The notes: generated by a model from the letters alone, not told the origin. DNA of 64,000 nt from an uncultured virus (IMG/VR IMGVR_UViG_3300025626_000018) (IMGVR_UViG_3300025626_000018:1-64000); one strand, 5' to 3'; positions 47,895-57,489 are shown, counted from the stretch's first letter. Numbers and translations: made by a program.

Positions 47895-49259
47895 ATGACT
47901 ATTAATATTGAACAACTTATTATTAAAAATATTATTGTGAATGAAGACTTTATGCGTAAAGTTCTTCCATTTATTCAACCAGATTATTTTGAAGGAACCT
48001 ATAAGCAATTATTTAAAGAAGTAGGTAAATTTGTTGGGCAATATAATAAATTGCCAACACTCGAATCATTTAAAATTGAACTTGATCAAAGCACTTCATT
48101 TAACGCAGAACAACATAGCCATGCAGTAGAAATTTTGCCTTCATTGTTTAGTGAAGAAACTGTTGATGGGCAATGGCTTTATGACACTACCGAAAAGTGG
48201 TGCCAAGATAGAGCATTGTTTATTGCGGTAATGGAATCTATTAGTATTATTGACGGTAAACATGACACACTAACTAAAAATGCTTTACCGGATATTCTTA
48301 GCAAAGCACTCGGTGTTTCATTTGATACGAATATTGGCCATGACTATATTGAAAATGTTGATGAACGGTATGAATTCTATCATCGGGATGAAGAAAAATT
48401 GCCATTCGATTTATCATATTTCAATGCAATTACAAATGGCGGTCTTCCAAATAAAACTCTTAATATTATTTTGGCCGGTACTGGTGTAGGCAAATCTCTT
48501 TTTATGTGCCACTGCGCCGCCGCAAACCTTACTGCCGGAAAAAATGTTTTGTATCTTACTATGGAAATGGCAGAAGAGCGTGTAGCAGAGCGCATTGATG
48601 CGAATTTGTTAGATCTTCCGATGGATCAATTGCCAACACTGACCAGATCAATGTTTGCAGAAAGAGTACATCGAGTATCTAGCCGCACTAATGGTAAATT
48701 GATTATTAAGGAATATCCGACAGGTCAAGCAAACGCTTCACACTTCAGAGCACTACTTAATGAATTGAAACTTAAAAAGTCTTTCATACCGGATATTATC
48801 TATATTGATTATCTCAATATTTGTGCTTCTGCTAGAATGAAAGCTGGTGGTAATATAAATTCATATACACTTATTAAATCAATTGCTGAAGAACTTCGCG
48901 GCTTAGCAATGGAATTTAATCTTCCAGTTGTTTCTGCAACACAAACAACTCGTAGCGGTTATGGAAGTAGTGATATTGATTTAACTGATACATCCGAATC
49001 TTTTGGTTTGCCTGCAACTGCTGATCTAATGTTTGCTTTGCTTTCTACTGAAGAACTTGAATCAATGGGTCAAATTGCAGTTAAACAATTGAAGAATAGA
49101 TATAATGATCCATCATATAAAAAACGATTTGTAATTGGTGTCGATAGATCAAAAATGAAATTATTTGATATTGATGAAAATGAACAAACACTTACTGACG
49201 ACACACCAACTTTTGATAAGACACATACCGCTGATCGGTTCAAAGATTTTAAAATTTAA
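47895..49259 (+). CDS. gp41: Replicative helicase gp41
   Basis: AGTGVGKS, IKEYPT, IDYL, ATQT.R, SESFG, KNRY. Confidence 0.96.
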   Translation: MTINIEQLIIKNIIVNEDFMRKVLPFIQPDYFEGTYKQLFKEVGKFVGQYNKLPTLESFKIELDQSTSFNAEQHSHAVEILPSLFSEETVDGQWLYDTTEKWCQDRALFIAVMESISIIDGKHDTLTKNALPDILSKALGVSFDTNIGHDYIENVDERYEFYHRDEEKLPFDLSYFNAITNGGLPNKTLNIILAGTGVGKSLFMCHCAAANLTAGKNVLYLTMEMAEERVAERIDANLLDLPMDQLPTLTRSMFAERVHRVSSRTNGKLIIKEYPTGQANASHFRALLNELKLKKSFIPDIIYIDYLNICASARMKAGGNINSYTLIKSIAEELRGLAMEFNLPVVSATQTTRSGYGSSDIDLTDTSESFGLPATADLMFALLSTEELESMGQIAVKQLKNRYNDPSYKKRFVIGVDRSKMKLFDIDENEQTLTDDTPTFDKTHTADRFKDFKI

Positions 49260-49275
49260 ATAAGGAAAATATAAA

Positions 49276-49392
49276 ATGGCTATTGGCAATAAAAAATCAT
49301 CACAGGGTCTCAAAAATGTTTCGACCTCATCTATGAATAAAAATAAAAAACGTGGTTATAAAAAATATCGAGGGCAGGGTAAATCTCGGTAA
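49276..49392 (+). CDS. Small basic protein (38 aa, ...KKYRGQGKSR)
   Basis: AAGGA RBS; fills the gap after gp41. Confidence 0.6.
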   Translation: MAIGNKKSSQGLKNVSTSSMNKNKKRGYKKYRGQGKSR

Positions 49393-49638
49393 ATGCATAT
49401 AAATGTAACTCCTCCTCCAATATCAACATTATCACAGCTCAAATCTAGACAGCAATATGTTAAGTCTGTTGATAAGGTAAAATTAATAACACCTAAACAA
49501 TATCAAAGTTATTTAAGCTCGCCCAGCCCATCTAATCATATTAAAGCTGAACTGCCTAAAAAAGAAACTACATTATTTGTTCCACCTGGTTTTGTAATGG
49601 GTGTTGTTGTTGGTACCCTTTTAATGTTAATATTGTAA
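49393..49638 (+). CDS. Hypothetical protein with C-terminal TM helix
   Basis: 81-aa ORF. Confidence 0.5.
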   Translation: MHINVTPPPISTLSQLKSRQQYVKSVDKVKLITPKQYQSYLSSPSPSNHIKAELPKKETTLFVPPGFVMGVVVGTLLMLIL

Positions 49639-49687
49639 TAAACATTTTATTTTGTGAACTAAATTAAAATAGGGATAAAATTATTTA

Positions 49688-49912
49688 ATGGTTGAACTTA
49701 TTCAAATAACCGATATTCTTGAGCAAAAAATTCGCAAAGAAAAAGAACTCGAATTTTATACAGAAGAACTAAAAAAACTACAAATGAAAATGTTTTTCAT
49801 TCAAAAAGATATTGATGTCACAAATACTATTATTAAAATAATTGAACAAGAAACTGTGCTTGATATTAAAAGCTCGATGGAAAATCGCATGGTAGGAAAA
49901 ACTGATGATTAA
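49688..49912 (+). CDS. Hypothetical coiled-coil protein
   Basis: RKEKELEFY...L..L; 74 aa. Confidence 0.65.
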   Translation: MVELIQITDILEQKIRKEKELEFYTEELKKLQMKMFFIQKDIDVTNTIIKIIEQETVLDIKSSMENRMVGKTDD

Positions 49913-49936
49913 TTTTTAATTAAATGTATTTTAGGG

Positions 49937-49966
49937 GTTTACATTTGTTTTATTATGTGTTATAAA
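49937..49966 (+). promoter_or_regulatory. Early-type promoter
   Basis: tagggGTTTACA-17-TATAAA. Confidence 0.7.
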
Positions 49967-49995
49967 TTATATAATGAAAAAAGTGAGGCAGTTTA

Positions 49996-50490
49996 ATGAA
50001 AATATCTAACATTTTATCCGGAGTTACTAATACCGCATTAGCTTCAGCAATGTGTATTGGCGGATATATTTCAATTCAGCAGGCCGAAGCAAAGGAATTC
50101 GTTAAGTCGTTTTCAAATAAAGAAATACATTGTTTGCAGCAAAATGTATATTTTGAAGCTAGAAATCAAAGTGTGCTTGGGCAAGCATCAGTAGTTTGGG
50201 TAACATTAAATAGAGTTAATTCTAAAAAGTTTCCGAATACTATCTGTGGTGTTGTATGGCAAAATAAACAGTTTAGCTGGACTCATGACGGAAAATCTGA
50301 CAACCCAAAAAATTCCCAAGCTTGGGAAAAAGCTAAGCAAGTTTCGCATGCAGTATTATATGATTATGCTTTTAATAAAAATGACCCCACTGCAGGCGCT
50401 TTATTTTATCATGCTGATTATGTTAACCCATATTGGTCAGCATCTTTCAAAGTGACTAAACAAATTGATAGTCATATATTTTATAAATGA
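49996..50490 (+). CDS. SleB-like cell wall hydrolase (Hydrolase_2)
   Basis: CL..NVYFEAR, NRV...FP.TIC.VV.Q..QFSW, GALFYHA, HIFY. Confidence 0.92.
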   Translation: MKISNILSGVTNTALASAMCIGGYISIQQAEAKEFVKSFSNKEIHCLQQNVYFEARNQSVLGQASVVWVTLNRVNSKKFPNTICGVVWQNKQFSWTHDGKSDNPKNSQAWEKAKQVSHAVLYDYAFNKNDPTAGALFYHADYVNPYWSASFKVTKQIDSHIFYK

Positions 50491-50693
50491 TTGGAAAATA
50501 TAATATGAATACAACCACAATAAAAACTCTTGTGCAAGGTGTAATGCTTGGACTATTTCTTATATTAATTGACTTTTATTTTATTCCGGGTGGATTATAC
50601 TAATCTTTTATGTTAGCGTTATCATTATTTGCTAGCGCTAACATAAGGGCCCCTTCTATATAAATAATTTTATACACCATAAGGGGATTTGCA

Positions 50694-50936
50694 ATGTGTA
50701 CAGCATATGTACGTAAAGAAGCTAATCGATTTAATTGGTTAGTTAAAGGCAAACTTATTGATACATCTTGGACAGATCAAGAAGTTGAAAAACTTTATCA
50801 TTCATATTTCGAAAGACTTTGGGGAAATAATGAAAATTATATCCACGAATCTGGATTTGAGCTTGCTTGGAAAATCCGCGAAAATGAATTATTAGATAAT
50901 GAGCGCAAATATGTCGCAGTTTTAGGATATGATTAA
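50694..50936 (+). CDS. Hypothetical protein
   Basis: 80-aa ORF after TATAAATA (50659) and GGGGA RBS. Confidence 0.6.
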   Translation: MCTAYVRKEANRFNWLVKGKLIDTSWTDQEVEKLYHSYFERLWGNNENYIHESGFELAWKIRENELLDNERKYVAVLGYD

Positions 50937-51019
50937 AAAATAATATTTAATTGCGCTTAGCTGTTTACATTTATTTGTATATATGTTATATTAATTATAT
51001 ACTAAATAAAGGAATCAGT

Positions 51020-51310
51020 ATGACAATCTATCATCTAGCAAATGGTTCGGCCATCAAAAATGATGTAGTCGAAGCTTTTAATACCGCGATTTTTCTTCGC
51101 GAGAATTTTGATTATAATAACAAAATCAATTGGGCTTTTGTTGAAGCTGATATGTACAATGAATGTTTTGTATATACCCGATCATATATCATAGACTGCT
51201 TAGATGTTTTACGTGACGACTTGCTAGACAATACTGAAAATTTACTCACTCGTTATCCAAACGCTATTGGGCAACTCGAAATTCTAAAAACCGATTATTT
51301 GGGAGTATAA
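51020..51310 (+). CDS. Hypothetical protein, paralogue of 63533-63739
   Basis: IKNDVVEAFN...INWAFVEAD; AAAGGA RBS and early promoter. Confidence 0.65.
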   Translation: MTIYHLANGSAIKNDVVEAFNTAIFLRENFDYNNKINWAFVEADMYNECFVYTRSYIIDCLDVLRDDLLDNTENLLTRYPNAIGQLEILKTDYLGV

Positions 51311-51312
51311 TA

Positions 51313-51549
51313 ATGAAACAACCAATCTATCATAACCTTTATGCCGCGGCGATCACTGATGAATTGATTCGTATTCATCAAGCACAACCGGTTCAAGGGG
51401 AACAATCAAGTGCAATTCAAATGGATATGAAACAATGGGCTCTTAAAGCTGGCATGTGGGCAACCGCAGAATATAGTGAAATTGTTGAAGCTTATGCTAA
51501 AGCTTGCGGGTGGAAGCAAGAATATTTTACTGGCATGGAAATCTTATAG
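51313..51549 (+). CDS. Hypothetical protein
   Basis: 78-aa ORF, GGGAG RBS. Confidence 0.6.
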   Translation: MKQPIYHNLYAAAITDELIRIHQAQPVQGEQSSAIQMDMKQWALKAGMWATAEYSEIVEAYAKACGWKQEYFTGMEIL

Positions 51550-51561
51550 AAAGAATATATT

Positions 51562-51765
51562 ATGAAAGCATCTCTACGAAACGATTTTCGTGTCTTTAAA
51601 ACATTAACTCCTAATGGGGAATCTCGATGGGAAATTAAACTTGGTGGCTCAACGGGTTATTGTATTACAACATGCAGATCCGAAGAAAAAGCAAAAGAAC
51701 AGTCCAAAGCATTAAATCTTAATCCGTATTATTTTGATTTACGCGCGCGTCAGAATATGGTATAA
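51562..51765 (+). CDS. Hypothetical protein
   Basis: 67-aa ORF. Confidence 0.55.
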   Translation: MKASLRNDFRVFKTLTPNGESRWEIKLGGSTGYCITTCRSEEKAKEQSKALNLNPYYFDLRARQNMV

Positions 51766-51794
51766 TATAGAATAGAAAACGTAAAGGTGTTTTG

Positions 51795-52085
51795 ATGAAT
51801 AAGATCCAGGAAAAAATTGATTATAAATTTAAAGAAGGTGAACTTATTAATGAGTTCCGAGAGTATATTGATAAAACATATTCCGGACATTATTCACAAA
51901 GCAAATTTCAATCAACCGAAGTTATTATTGAACGTGGGCATGGAACCGGTTTTTGCATGGGCAATGTAGATAAGTATTCTAATAGATATGGCAAAAAAGG
52001 ATCACGAGATGATGCTCGTAAGGATCTAATGAAAGTATTGCACTATGCTCTTATTCAACTTTATATTCACGATAATGAGTTGTAA
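51795..52085 (+). CDS. DUF3310-like protein (T7 gp1.7/SaV-related)
   Basis: TYSGHY, GFCMGN..KY..RYGKK, DL.K..HY. Confidence 0.7.
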   Translation: MNKIQEKIDYKFKEGELINEFREYIDKTYSGHYSQSKFQSTEVIIERGHGTGFCMGNVDKYSNRYGKKGSRDDARKDLMKVLHYALIQLYIHDNEL

Positions 52086-52142
52086 CTAAAATAACACATT
52101 ATCGTGAATTTTTAAAAAAAATTATAAAATTGCAAATTAACT

Positions 52143-52172
52143 GTTTACATTCCTTTTCTTATATGCTATAAA
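52143..52172 (+). promoter_or_regulatory. Early-type promoter
   Basis: GTTTACA-17-TATAAA. Confidence 0.7.
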
Positions 52173-52205
52173 GGTGTATAAGATGAAAACAAAGAGGAAT
52201 ATATC

Positions 52206-52583
52206 ATGACTACTATGACTAAAACAAAATTCACAAAATTTGATCGTGCAACTTGTCGGGCTCTTCGGGCTGAACTGCAAGAAGTAATGAATAAGTATGC
52301 ATCAAAAGCAAATCTTGATATTGAAGTAGGACATATGTCTTTTGATGTAGATGATGTTAAAATCAAAGTTAATGCAAAAATTAAAGGGGCTAAATCACAC
52401 GATCAAAAAAACCTCGAAATGTTTGCGCGTCTTGATGGTATCACTAAATTTGTAAATTCTAATGGCGATAAGCTACTTGCATTTAAACCTCGTTCGCCAA
52501 AATACCCATATGTTTATCAATGTGGTGCAGATGGTAAAATGTATAAAGCATCTACATCAACAGCTAAATACATGTTTAAGTAA
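52206..52583 (+). CDS. Hypothetical protein
   Basis: 125-aa ORF with GAGGA RBS, followed by a terminator-like hairpin near 52620. Confidence 0.7.
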   Translation: MTTMTKTKFTKFDRATCRALRAELQEVMNKYASKANLDIEVGHMSFDVDDVKIKVNAKIKGAKSHDQKNLEMFARLDGITKFVNSNGDKLLAFKPRSPKYPYVYQCGADGKMYKASTSTAKYMFK

Positions 52584-52729
52584 TTCGATACTTACTATTA
52601 AAATAGCTTGAAAACATAAGGGGGGAGATAATCCCCCTTTATACATTATATTGTCACATAATTAACACATAATTGATTATTATAAAATTATAAGTTACAA
52701 CTTGCATTAAATTTTTATAAGTATCTTTG

Positions 52730-53050
52730 TTAACGTTGAAGCGACGTGGACACATACTGGACTCGGGTGCGAATCCCGACAGCTCCACCATAAGCACTTG
52801 ATAGGTGACGACCTATATTCGATGAAGTAGATAAGGATTTAGCTACCTGATGCTATGGAGAAGTTTCAAGTGTTTTTGATGGGGCTGACATTTAGGATCG
52901 ACAGGTGTGAAAGTGGAAGTGGAGTTAACCGGATGATCGCGTATAGATCAAACACTATAACTGCAAATAATAACTTTGCACCATCTGGTTATGCACTAGC
53001 TGCATAAACACAGGGAGCTGGCCACTTGCTTAGCAACAGAAAAGTGGCAT
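52730..53050 (+). ncRNA. ssrA: Circularly permuted (two-piece) tmRNA: acceptor piece ends CCA at 52790, intervening segment 52791-52880, coding piece starts at 52881; tag (A)NNNFAPSGYALAA at 52963-53007
   Basis: T-arm tcggg-tgcgaat-cccga then cagctccACCA pairs with GGGGCTG (G3.U wobble); tag resumes at GCA and ends ALAA*; outer ends approximate. Confidence 0.92.
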
Positions 53051-53094
53051 ATTTAATATTTAAAATTTTTATAAAATCAGAAAGAATATACGAA

Positions 53095-53889
53095 ATGCGT
53101 AATTTACTTATCACATCTGCACTTGTAACAGGATTTGCTGGTGCAGCATATGCTGAAACTACAGTACTGCCATATGGCCCAACATTATCTGGTAAAGCTG
53201 TTTTAACATTTGCAGAAACCGCTGCAGATAAATGGGCCGCAACTCCAACATTCGATCTTGGTATTGATGTTGCTGGTATTTCAACTGTAAACCTTGACTT
53301 TTCTGCAACAGACGGAAATGGTGTTACTCTTGATAATTGGACAATTGGCACACAAGTAGCCGGTATCGATATTGCAATTGGCGATGACAATGGTGTAATG
53401 CCAGGTGCCGAAGGCGAGCAAACACTTACTGCTCCAGCAATGGCTGAATCTGTACAAGTAAATATGGGTGCAATTTCTGCGGCTATCGGATTTACTGATA
53501 TTGCTGCCGATATTACAGATATTAGCAATGTACAGGGCGCAATTGTACTCCCATCCGTAGCTGGAATTGAAATTACTGCCGCTGCTGATTATAACTTAAA
53601 TACTGAAAATACTGTATTTGGCGCCGGTGTTACTGGTGTTGATCTTGGTGTTGCCGCAGTTGGCGGTGCAGTATCTTATGATGTAGACACTACAGCAATA
53701 GGTTATGAGCTTGTAGCAAAGCAATCTGTAATTACAACATATATTAATGGTGACGACACTGATATGCTACAAAATATTGGTGGCGAATTTGTATATGGTA
53801 TTGCGGGCGCTGAGCTTACCACAGGCGCAAATTATAATTTAAATAGTGAAGATTTTTCTCCTTCAATTGAATTAAGCTTTGCATTCTAA
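53095..53889 (+). CDS. Outer-membrane porin-like protein
   Basis: Signal peptide ending AYA, amphipathic Gly/Ala/Asp-rich strands, terminal Phe (ELSFAF). Confidence 0.75.
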   Translation: MRNLLITSALVTGFAGAAYAETTVLPYGPTLSGKAVLTFAETAADKWAATPTFDLGIDVAGISTVNLDFSATDGNGVTLDNWTIGTQVAGIDIAIGDDNGVMPGAEGEQTLTAPAMAESVQVNMGAISAAIGFTDIAADITDISNVQGAIVLPSVAGIEITAAADYNLNTENTVFGAGVTGVDLGVAAVGGAVSYDVDTTAIGYELVAKQSVITTYINGDDTDMLQNIGGEFVYGIAGAELTTGANYNLNSEDFSPSIELSFAF

Positions 53890-53911
53890 ACTAACCAATT
53901 AATTGGAAATT

Positions 53912-53940
53912 AAGAGGAGCTTTGGCTCCTCTTTTTTTTT
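53912..53940 (+). terminator. Rho-independent terminator
   Basis: aagaggagc-tttg-gctcctctt + T-run. Confidence 0.85.
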
Positions 53941-53957
53941 GTATAATTTTTTATATG

Positions 53958-53965
53958 TATAAATA
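53958..53965 (+). promoter_or_regulatory. T4-type late promoter ahead of the secreted-protein cluster
   Basis: TATAAATA. Confidence 0.7.
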
Positions 53966-54022
53966 ACAATATGAATGAAAATTAAAAATCGAATGCATAT
54001 AATTATTAGAGGATTATTTCGT

Positions 54023-54604
54023 ATGATTAAAAAAATGTTTTTTACATTAGTAGTATTGAGTTTATCGACTGCGGTATTTGCACAAGACACCACAGATACT
54101 GTTACAGATGATACAATATATACAGATAATACTAATAATAGCACAGTAAAATCTGATAGCAATTCTAATGCTACAATTAAATCTCCGCCACCTTCCGCAA
54201 TTTCTCCCTCTATTAATGGGAGTAATTCTGATTTATGTACAATAGGTGTAGCTGGTGCTGTACAAACTCAGATATTGGGTATTTCGGCCGGTAAAACAGT
54301 CCGTGATATGAATTGTGAGAAATTAAAAAACGCTAAAACTTTGTATGATATGGGTATGAAAGTTGCGGCAGTATCAGTTATGTGTGAAGATAATCGTGTG
54401 TTTACTGCAATGATGAATGCTGGTACACCATGTCCATTTGACGGTTTGATTGGTTCAGAAGCAAAAGACGCGTGGAATTCGCCTGATAACAAGCATTTAC
54501 GACCAGATTCTGATAAAAAAAGAAAGGTGATGTCTGATGACACTAAGAGCACTCTTGGTGGCGTTGGTGTGGTGGGCGGTTTGCTCCTCTTACTCCTTCT
54601 CTGA
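54023..54604 (+). CDS. Exported Cys-containing protein with C-terminal TM anchor
   Basis: Signal peptide ending VFA; four Cys; GGVGVVGGLLLLLLL tail. Confidence 0.75.
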   Translation: MIKKMFFTLVVLSLSTAVFAQDTTDTVTDDTIYTDNTNNSTVKSDSNSNATIKSPPPSAISPSINGSNSDLCTIGVAGAVQTQILGISAGKTVRDMNCEKLKNAKTLYDMGMKVAAVSVMCEDNRVFTAMMNAGTPCPFDGLIGSEAKDAWNSPDNKHLRPDSDKKRKVMSDDTKSTLGGVGVVGGLLLLLLL

Positions 54605-55436
54605 AACAATATACGGAACTACCAATAATGTAACGTCCAATGGATTATCTTGGAATATGACTGGTATTTTACCAGATCATTCTGCTCCAAATATTTCTCT
54701 TCAAATTAATGGAGTGATATATCAATATACAATGAACAAAGATCCGGACGCTGACGCCAAAGTACATATTCGAAATGAAAATTCTACTGGTGATGGATAT
54801 ATTTTCGAAAAAACAGATGATTGGTCTGGTGGAAATGGCGGAAATATTCGAAAGTTATATACCTTTCCTGGCTCAAATGCAGAATTATGGGGTGATGGGT
54901 CTATGGAAATAGAAGGTGATGGATCTATTAGCAATTCAACATTAATTTATTCATATAAAATGGATATTGGTGAAAATGCTATTAGCTGTATAAGTCCATT
55001 AAATGATCCATCTTGTCCCGGTTTTTTAGATGCATTATATAAATATTTACAAGATATGGGATTAACAGAACTATCAGAAGACGATCCATATTATACAACA
55101 TGGTTAGAATCCCAGACTGAAGCTGAAATAAAAGAAGAAGAAGAAGATCCAGAAAAAGATCTGGAAGAAATGGAAAATGAAGAAATGCAAAGTCGAATGA
55201 GGGTCGAAGGAGCTAGTAATAGCCTTATTGACCAAACTCAACAAAATGCTGCTTTTGAAGCATTAGCAAATCTTCCGATACTTGAATCATATTATACTGT
55301 ACTCATCCCAGGCGGCGAATACAAAGAAGACTTACAAATTAAAGATTCAGTATTACCTGATAATAATAGAGCAATGCGATCACTATCTACAGACACACAA
55401 CATAATACAATGGTACGCTCGCAATACAATAGATAA
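54537..55436 (+). CDS. Exported protein with acidic linker
   Basis: Signal peptide; C..PLNDPSCPG motif; Glu-rich segment. Confidence 0.7.
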   Translation: MTLRALLVALVWWAVCSSYSFSETIYGTTNNVTSNGLSWNMTGILPDHSAPNISLQINGVIYQYTMNKDPDADAKVHIRNENSTGDGYIFEKTDDWSGGNGGNIRKLYTFPGSNAELWGDGSMEIEGDGSISNSTLIYSYKMDIGENAISCISPLNDPSCPGFLDALYKYLQDMGLTELSEDDPYYTTWLESQTEAEIKEEEEDPEKDLEEMENEEMQSRMRVEGASNSLIDQTQQNAAFEALANLPILESYYTVLIPGGEYKEDLQIKDSVLPDNNRAMRSLSTDTQHNTMVRSQYNR

Positions 55437-55450
55437 CATAGGAGAAATAA

Positions 55451-55948
55451 ATGTTTAGATCTATTTCTATATTATTCACCATTGCTTTTGCTTCAACAGC
55501 AATTGCTGAGGACTTTCCCATTACAGGAAATGTCACATCAAAATGCACAATATATTCAGATACTCCGGGTGTATATGGTAACCCTACCCCAAATAAACTA
55601 AGCACTGCTCCGGCTGACGGTGGGGTTTTACCAGTTATTCGGTTTGACGTAGCGATTGCTGATTCATATCTTGCAAAAATTTCTACACCAAATACTTTTT
55701 CAACCAGCCCTACTTTAACAGATGCTGTAAACTGGACGGGCGAAGTAACAGTTGGCACTATGTCAGAAACTACTATGTCCGGTTATGAAACAGCAAAAGT
55801 TATATATGATAATACAACCGAATATGATCTTACTATAGCTGGCTCAACATGGTTTAATGTATCATCAACTGTAACATATGGATTTGATAAATCATTTCCG
55901 GGTGGCGAATATAAGGCTTTAGTTAGCGCAGAATGTATAGCAAAATAA
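55451..55948 (+). CDS. Exported pilin/fimbrial-subunit-like protein
   Basis: Signal peptide ending AIA; ITGNVTSKC start, GGEYKALVSAEC end; Thr/Ser-rich beta sequence. Confidence 0.55.
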   Translation: MFRSISILFTIAFASTAIAEDFPITGNVTSKCTIYSDTPGVYGNPTPNKLSTAPADGGVLPVIRFDVAIADSYLAKISTPNTFSTSPTLTDAVNWTGEVTVGTMSETTMSGYETAKVIYDNTTEYDLTIAGSTWFNVSSTVTYGFDKSFPGGEYKALVSAECIAK

Positions 55949-56307
55949 TATTATTTTTAGTGTTGGTGTCTACTTCAGCTACGGCCCATGAATGGACACC
56001 AACCTATCCAACACTAAAGAGGTCATATATGGATGGCCTTCTTTATACTAAAATGCGGCTATTTAATAAAAGAAAAGAAATACAATATTATGCTATCTCT
56101 GCACATGATGAAGAATGGAATAGTATTCCATTTGCAGCTTCTAATAAAATTATAAGTGTAAATTATCTTGCTTATAAAGAAATTGAAATTTATATACGAG
56201 AAATAGATAAACCACGAATAACATATATTTGTTCAACATCGAAATTACTAAAAAAAGATGTTATAACAACCGGTGTCTCATCGCGAATATGTTCGAAAAT
56301 AAAGTGA
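55933..56307 (+). CDS. Exported small beta protein (chaperone-like?)
   Basis: Signal peptide ending ATA; YICS...RICS cysteine pair. Confidence 0.6.
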   Translation: MYSKIILFLVLVSTSATAHEWTPTYPTLKRSYMDGLLYTKMRLFNKRKEIQYYAISAHDEEWNSIPFAASNKIISVNYLAYKEIEIYIREIDKPRITYICSTSKLLKKDVITTGVSSRICSKIK

Positions 56308-56315
56308 GATGAAAT

Positions 56316-56729
56316 ATGAAAAAAGTTACATTATGTATATTATTAATATTTTTATTGGGACAAAAAGCAATTGCTGAATCGAGCTCTTTAAATTTACAAA
56401 TACCAAATGGTCCTGCTAGTTATCAATCTGATAAATTTAAAGCTGGTGAATTAGATTGTTCAAACGCAATTGGTTCTGCTACTAATTTAGAATTTGGTGT
56501 TACTGGATTTATTACTGAACCCGATAATCTATCTGATAGGGATTATTATAATTCTGATAATACTGATATTGGTGTATATGCAAGAATAACAATACCACTT
56601 GGCAAAACCACTAAATCTCGGATTGATTGTAATCAATTATTCGAATTAGAATTAAAGCGTAAGCGGTTAGAAATAATGAAATTAGAACAAGAAGTAAGGC
56701 AATTGCGAGAATTACAATTTGAGGAATAA
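56316..56729 (+). CDS. Exported protein with C-terminal coiled coil
   Basis: Signal peptide ending AIA; LDCS...IDCN; GVYARITIPLG. Confidence 0.7.
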   Translation: MKKVTLCILLIFLLGQKAIAESSSLNLQIPNGPASYQSDKFKAGELDCSNAIGSATNLEFGVTGFITEPDNLSDRDYYNSDNTDIGVYARITIPLGKTTKSRIDCNQLFELELKRKRLEIMKLEQEVRQLRELQFEE

Positions 56730-56734
56730 TTCTA

Positions 56735-56938
56735 TTGGATTATAAACAAATGCGGGCCGAAGTAACAAGTTTACGATTACGTATTGCTGAGGCACGTAAA
56801 GCATTAGATATTAATACAATACCAAGAATTAAAATTGGGCAAGAAAAATCTTCTGTTGAAATAGAAAAAACAGATAAAAATGCCAAACTTAAAGAGTTGA
56901 GTGATATGAAGGCAAAATTAAAGGGATTTAAAAAATGA
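56735..56938 (+). CDS. Hypothetical protein (TTG start)
   Basis: 67-aa ORF, GAGGA RBS. Confidence 0.55.
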   Translation: MDYKQMRAEVTSLRLRIAEARKALDINTIPRIKIGQEKSSVEIEKTDKNAKLKELSDMKAKLKGFKK

Positions 56939-57132
56939 TGTATATAAAAGATGTAATAGTATTAGTTATGGCAGTAGGTTTAATGGGTCTTTTAGGTCTT
57001 ATTGTTGTTGATGAGTTTATGGTTGCTGCTGAACATAATGCAGAACTTGATCAAAATATTGTTGAGTTATTGCAAATGAGCATTACTGGCATAATTGGAC
57101 TTGTGGCTGGTTATGTGGGTGCAAGTAAATAG
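56935..57132 (+). CDS. Two-TM membrane protein
   Basis: Two hydrophobic helices. Confidence 0.6.
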   Translation: MMYIKDVIVLVMAVGLMGLLGLIVVDEFMVAAEHNAELDQNIVELLQMSITGIIGLVAGYVGASK

Positions 57133-57144
57133 GAAAATTATAAT

Positions 57145-57489
57145 TTGATTTGTAATTATTTAATAGGATTGGCTGTATCTGCTCATTTAAATACAGGTAT
57201 AGAATTTAATGAAATACACCCGCATGGAAGATTAGAATGTGGAAATTATATATCTGGGATATATTTAAATAGTTTTGAAATTCCCAGCATATATGCAGGA
57301 TTTGAACATACATTATATAAAGATTTAAATATAGAATATGGTATTGTAAACGGATATTATGGATTAACAGAAAAGGGTATAATTCCTTTTTTAAAATTCA
57401 ATTATGGATATTATTTTGTGACTCCGACTCTGAATGAAGATAACGATATTGCACTTACACTCGGAATAGAATATTTTTTAGGGGAATAA
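57145..57489 (+). CDS. Small beta-barrel-like outer-membrane protein
   Basis: Aromatic-rich alternating strands (G.Y.NS, YAG, GIV.GY, GIEYF). Confidence 0.5.
   Translation: MICNYLIGLAVSAHLNTGIEFNEIHPHGRLECGNYISGIYLNSFEIPSIYAGFEHTLYKDLNIEYGIVNGYYGLTEKGIIPFLKFNYGYYFVTPTLNEDNDIALTLGIEYFLGE

Noticed and set aside
52759..52790. tRNA-Ala gene
   Set aside because: Only a T-arm and 3' acceptor strand are present; the 5' strand lies downstream and there is no anticodon arm, which fits a permuted tmRNA
53026..53094. N-terminal extension of the porin ORF (similarly 15467, 30595, 50951, 53975, 59925)
   Set aside because: These overlap the tmRNA, promoters or upstream genes; downstream starts give proper RBS or signal peptides
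52989..53528. 179-aa minus-strand ORF and similar shadow ORFs (e.g. 6751-7266, 11712-12179, 33400-33861, 55387-55758)
   Set aside because: Antisense to well-supported genes, with no RBS or motifs; expected from codon bias
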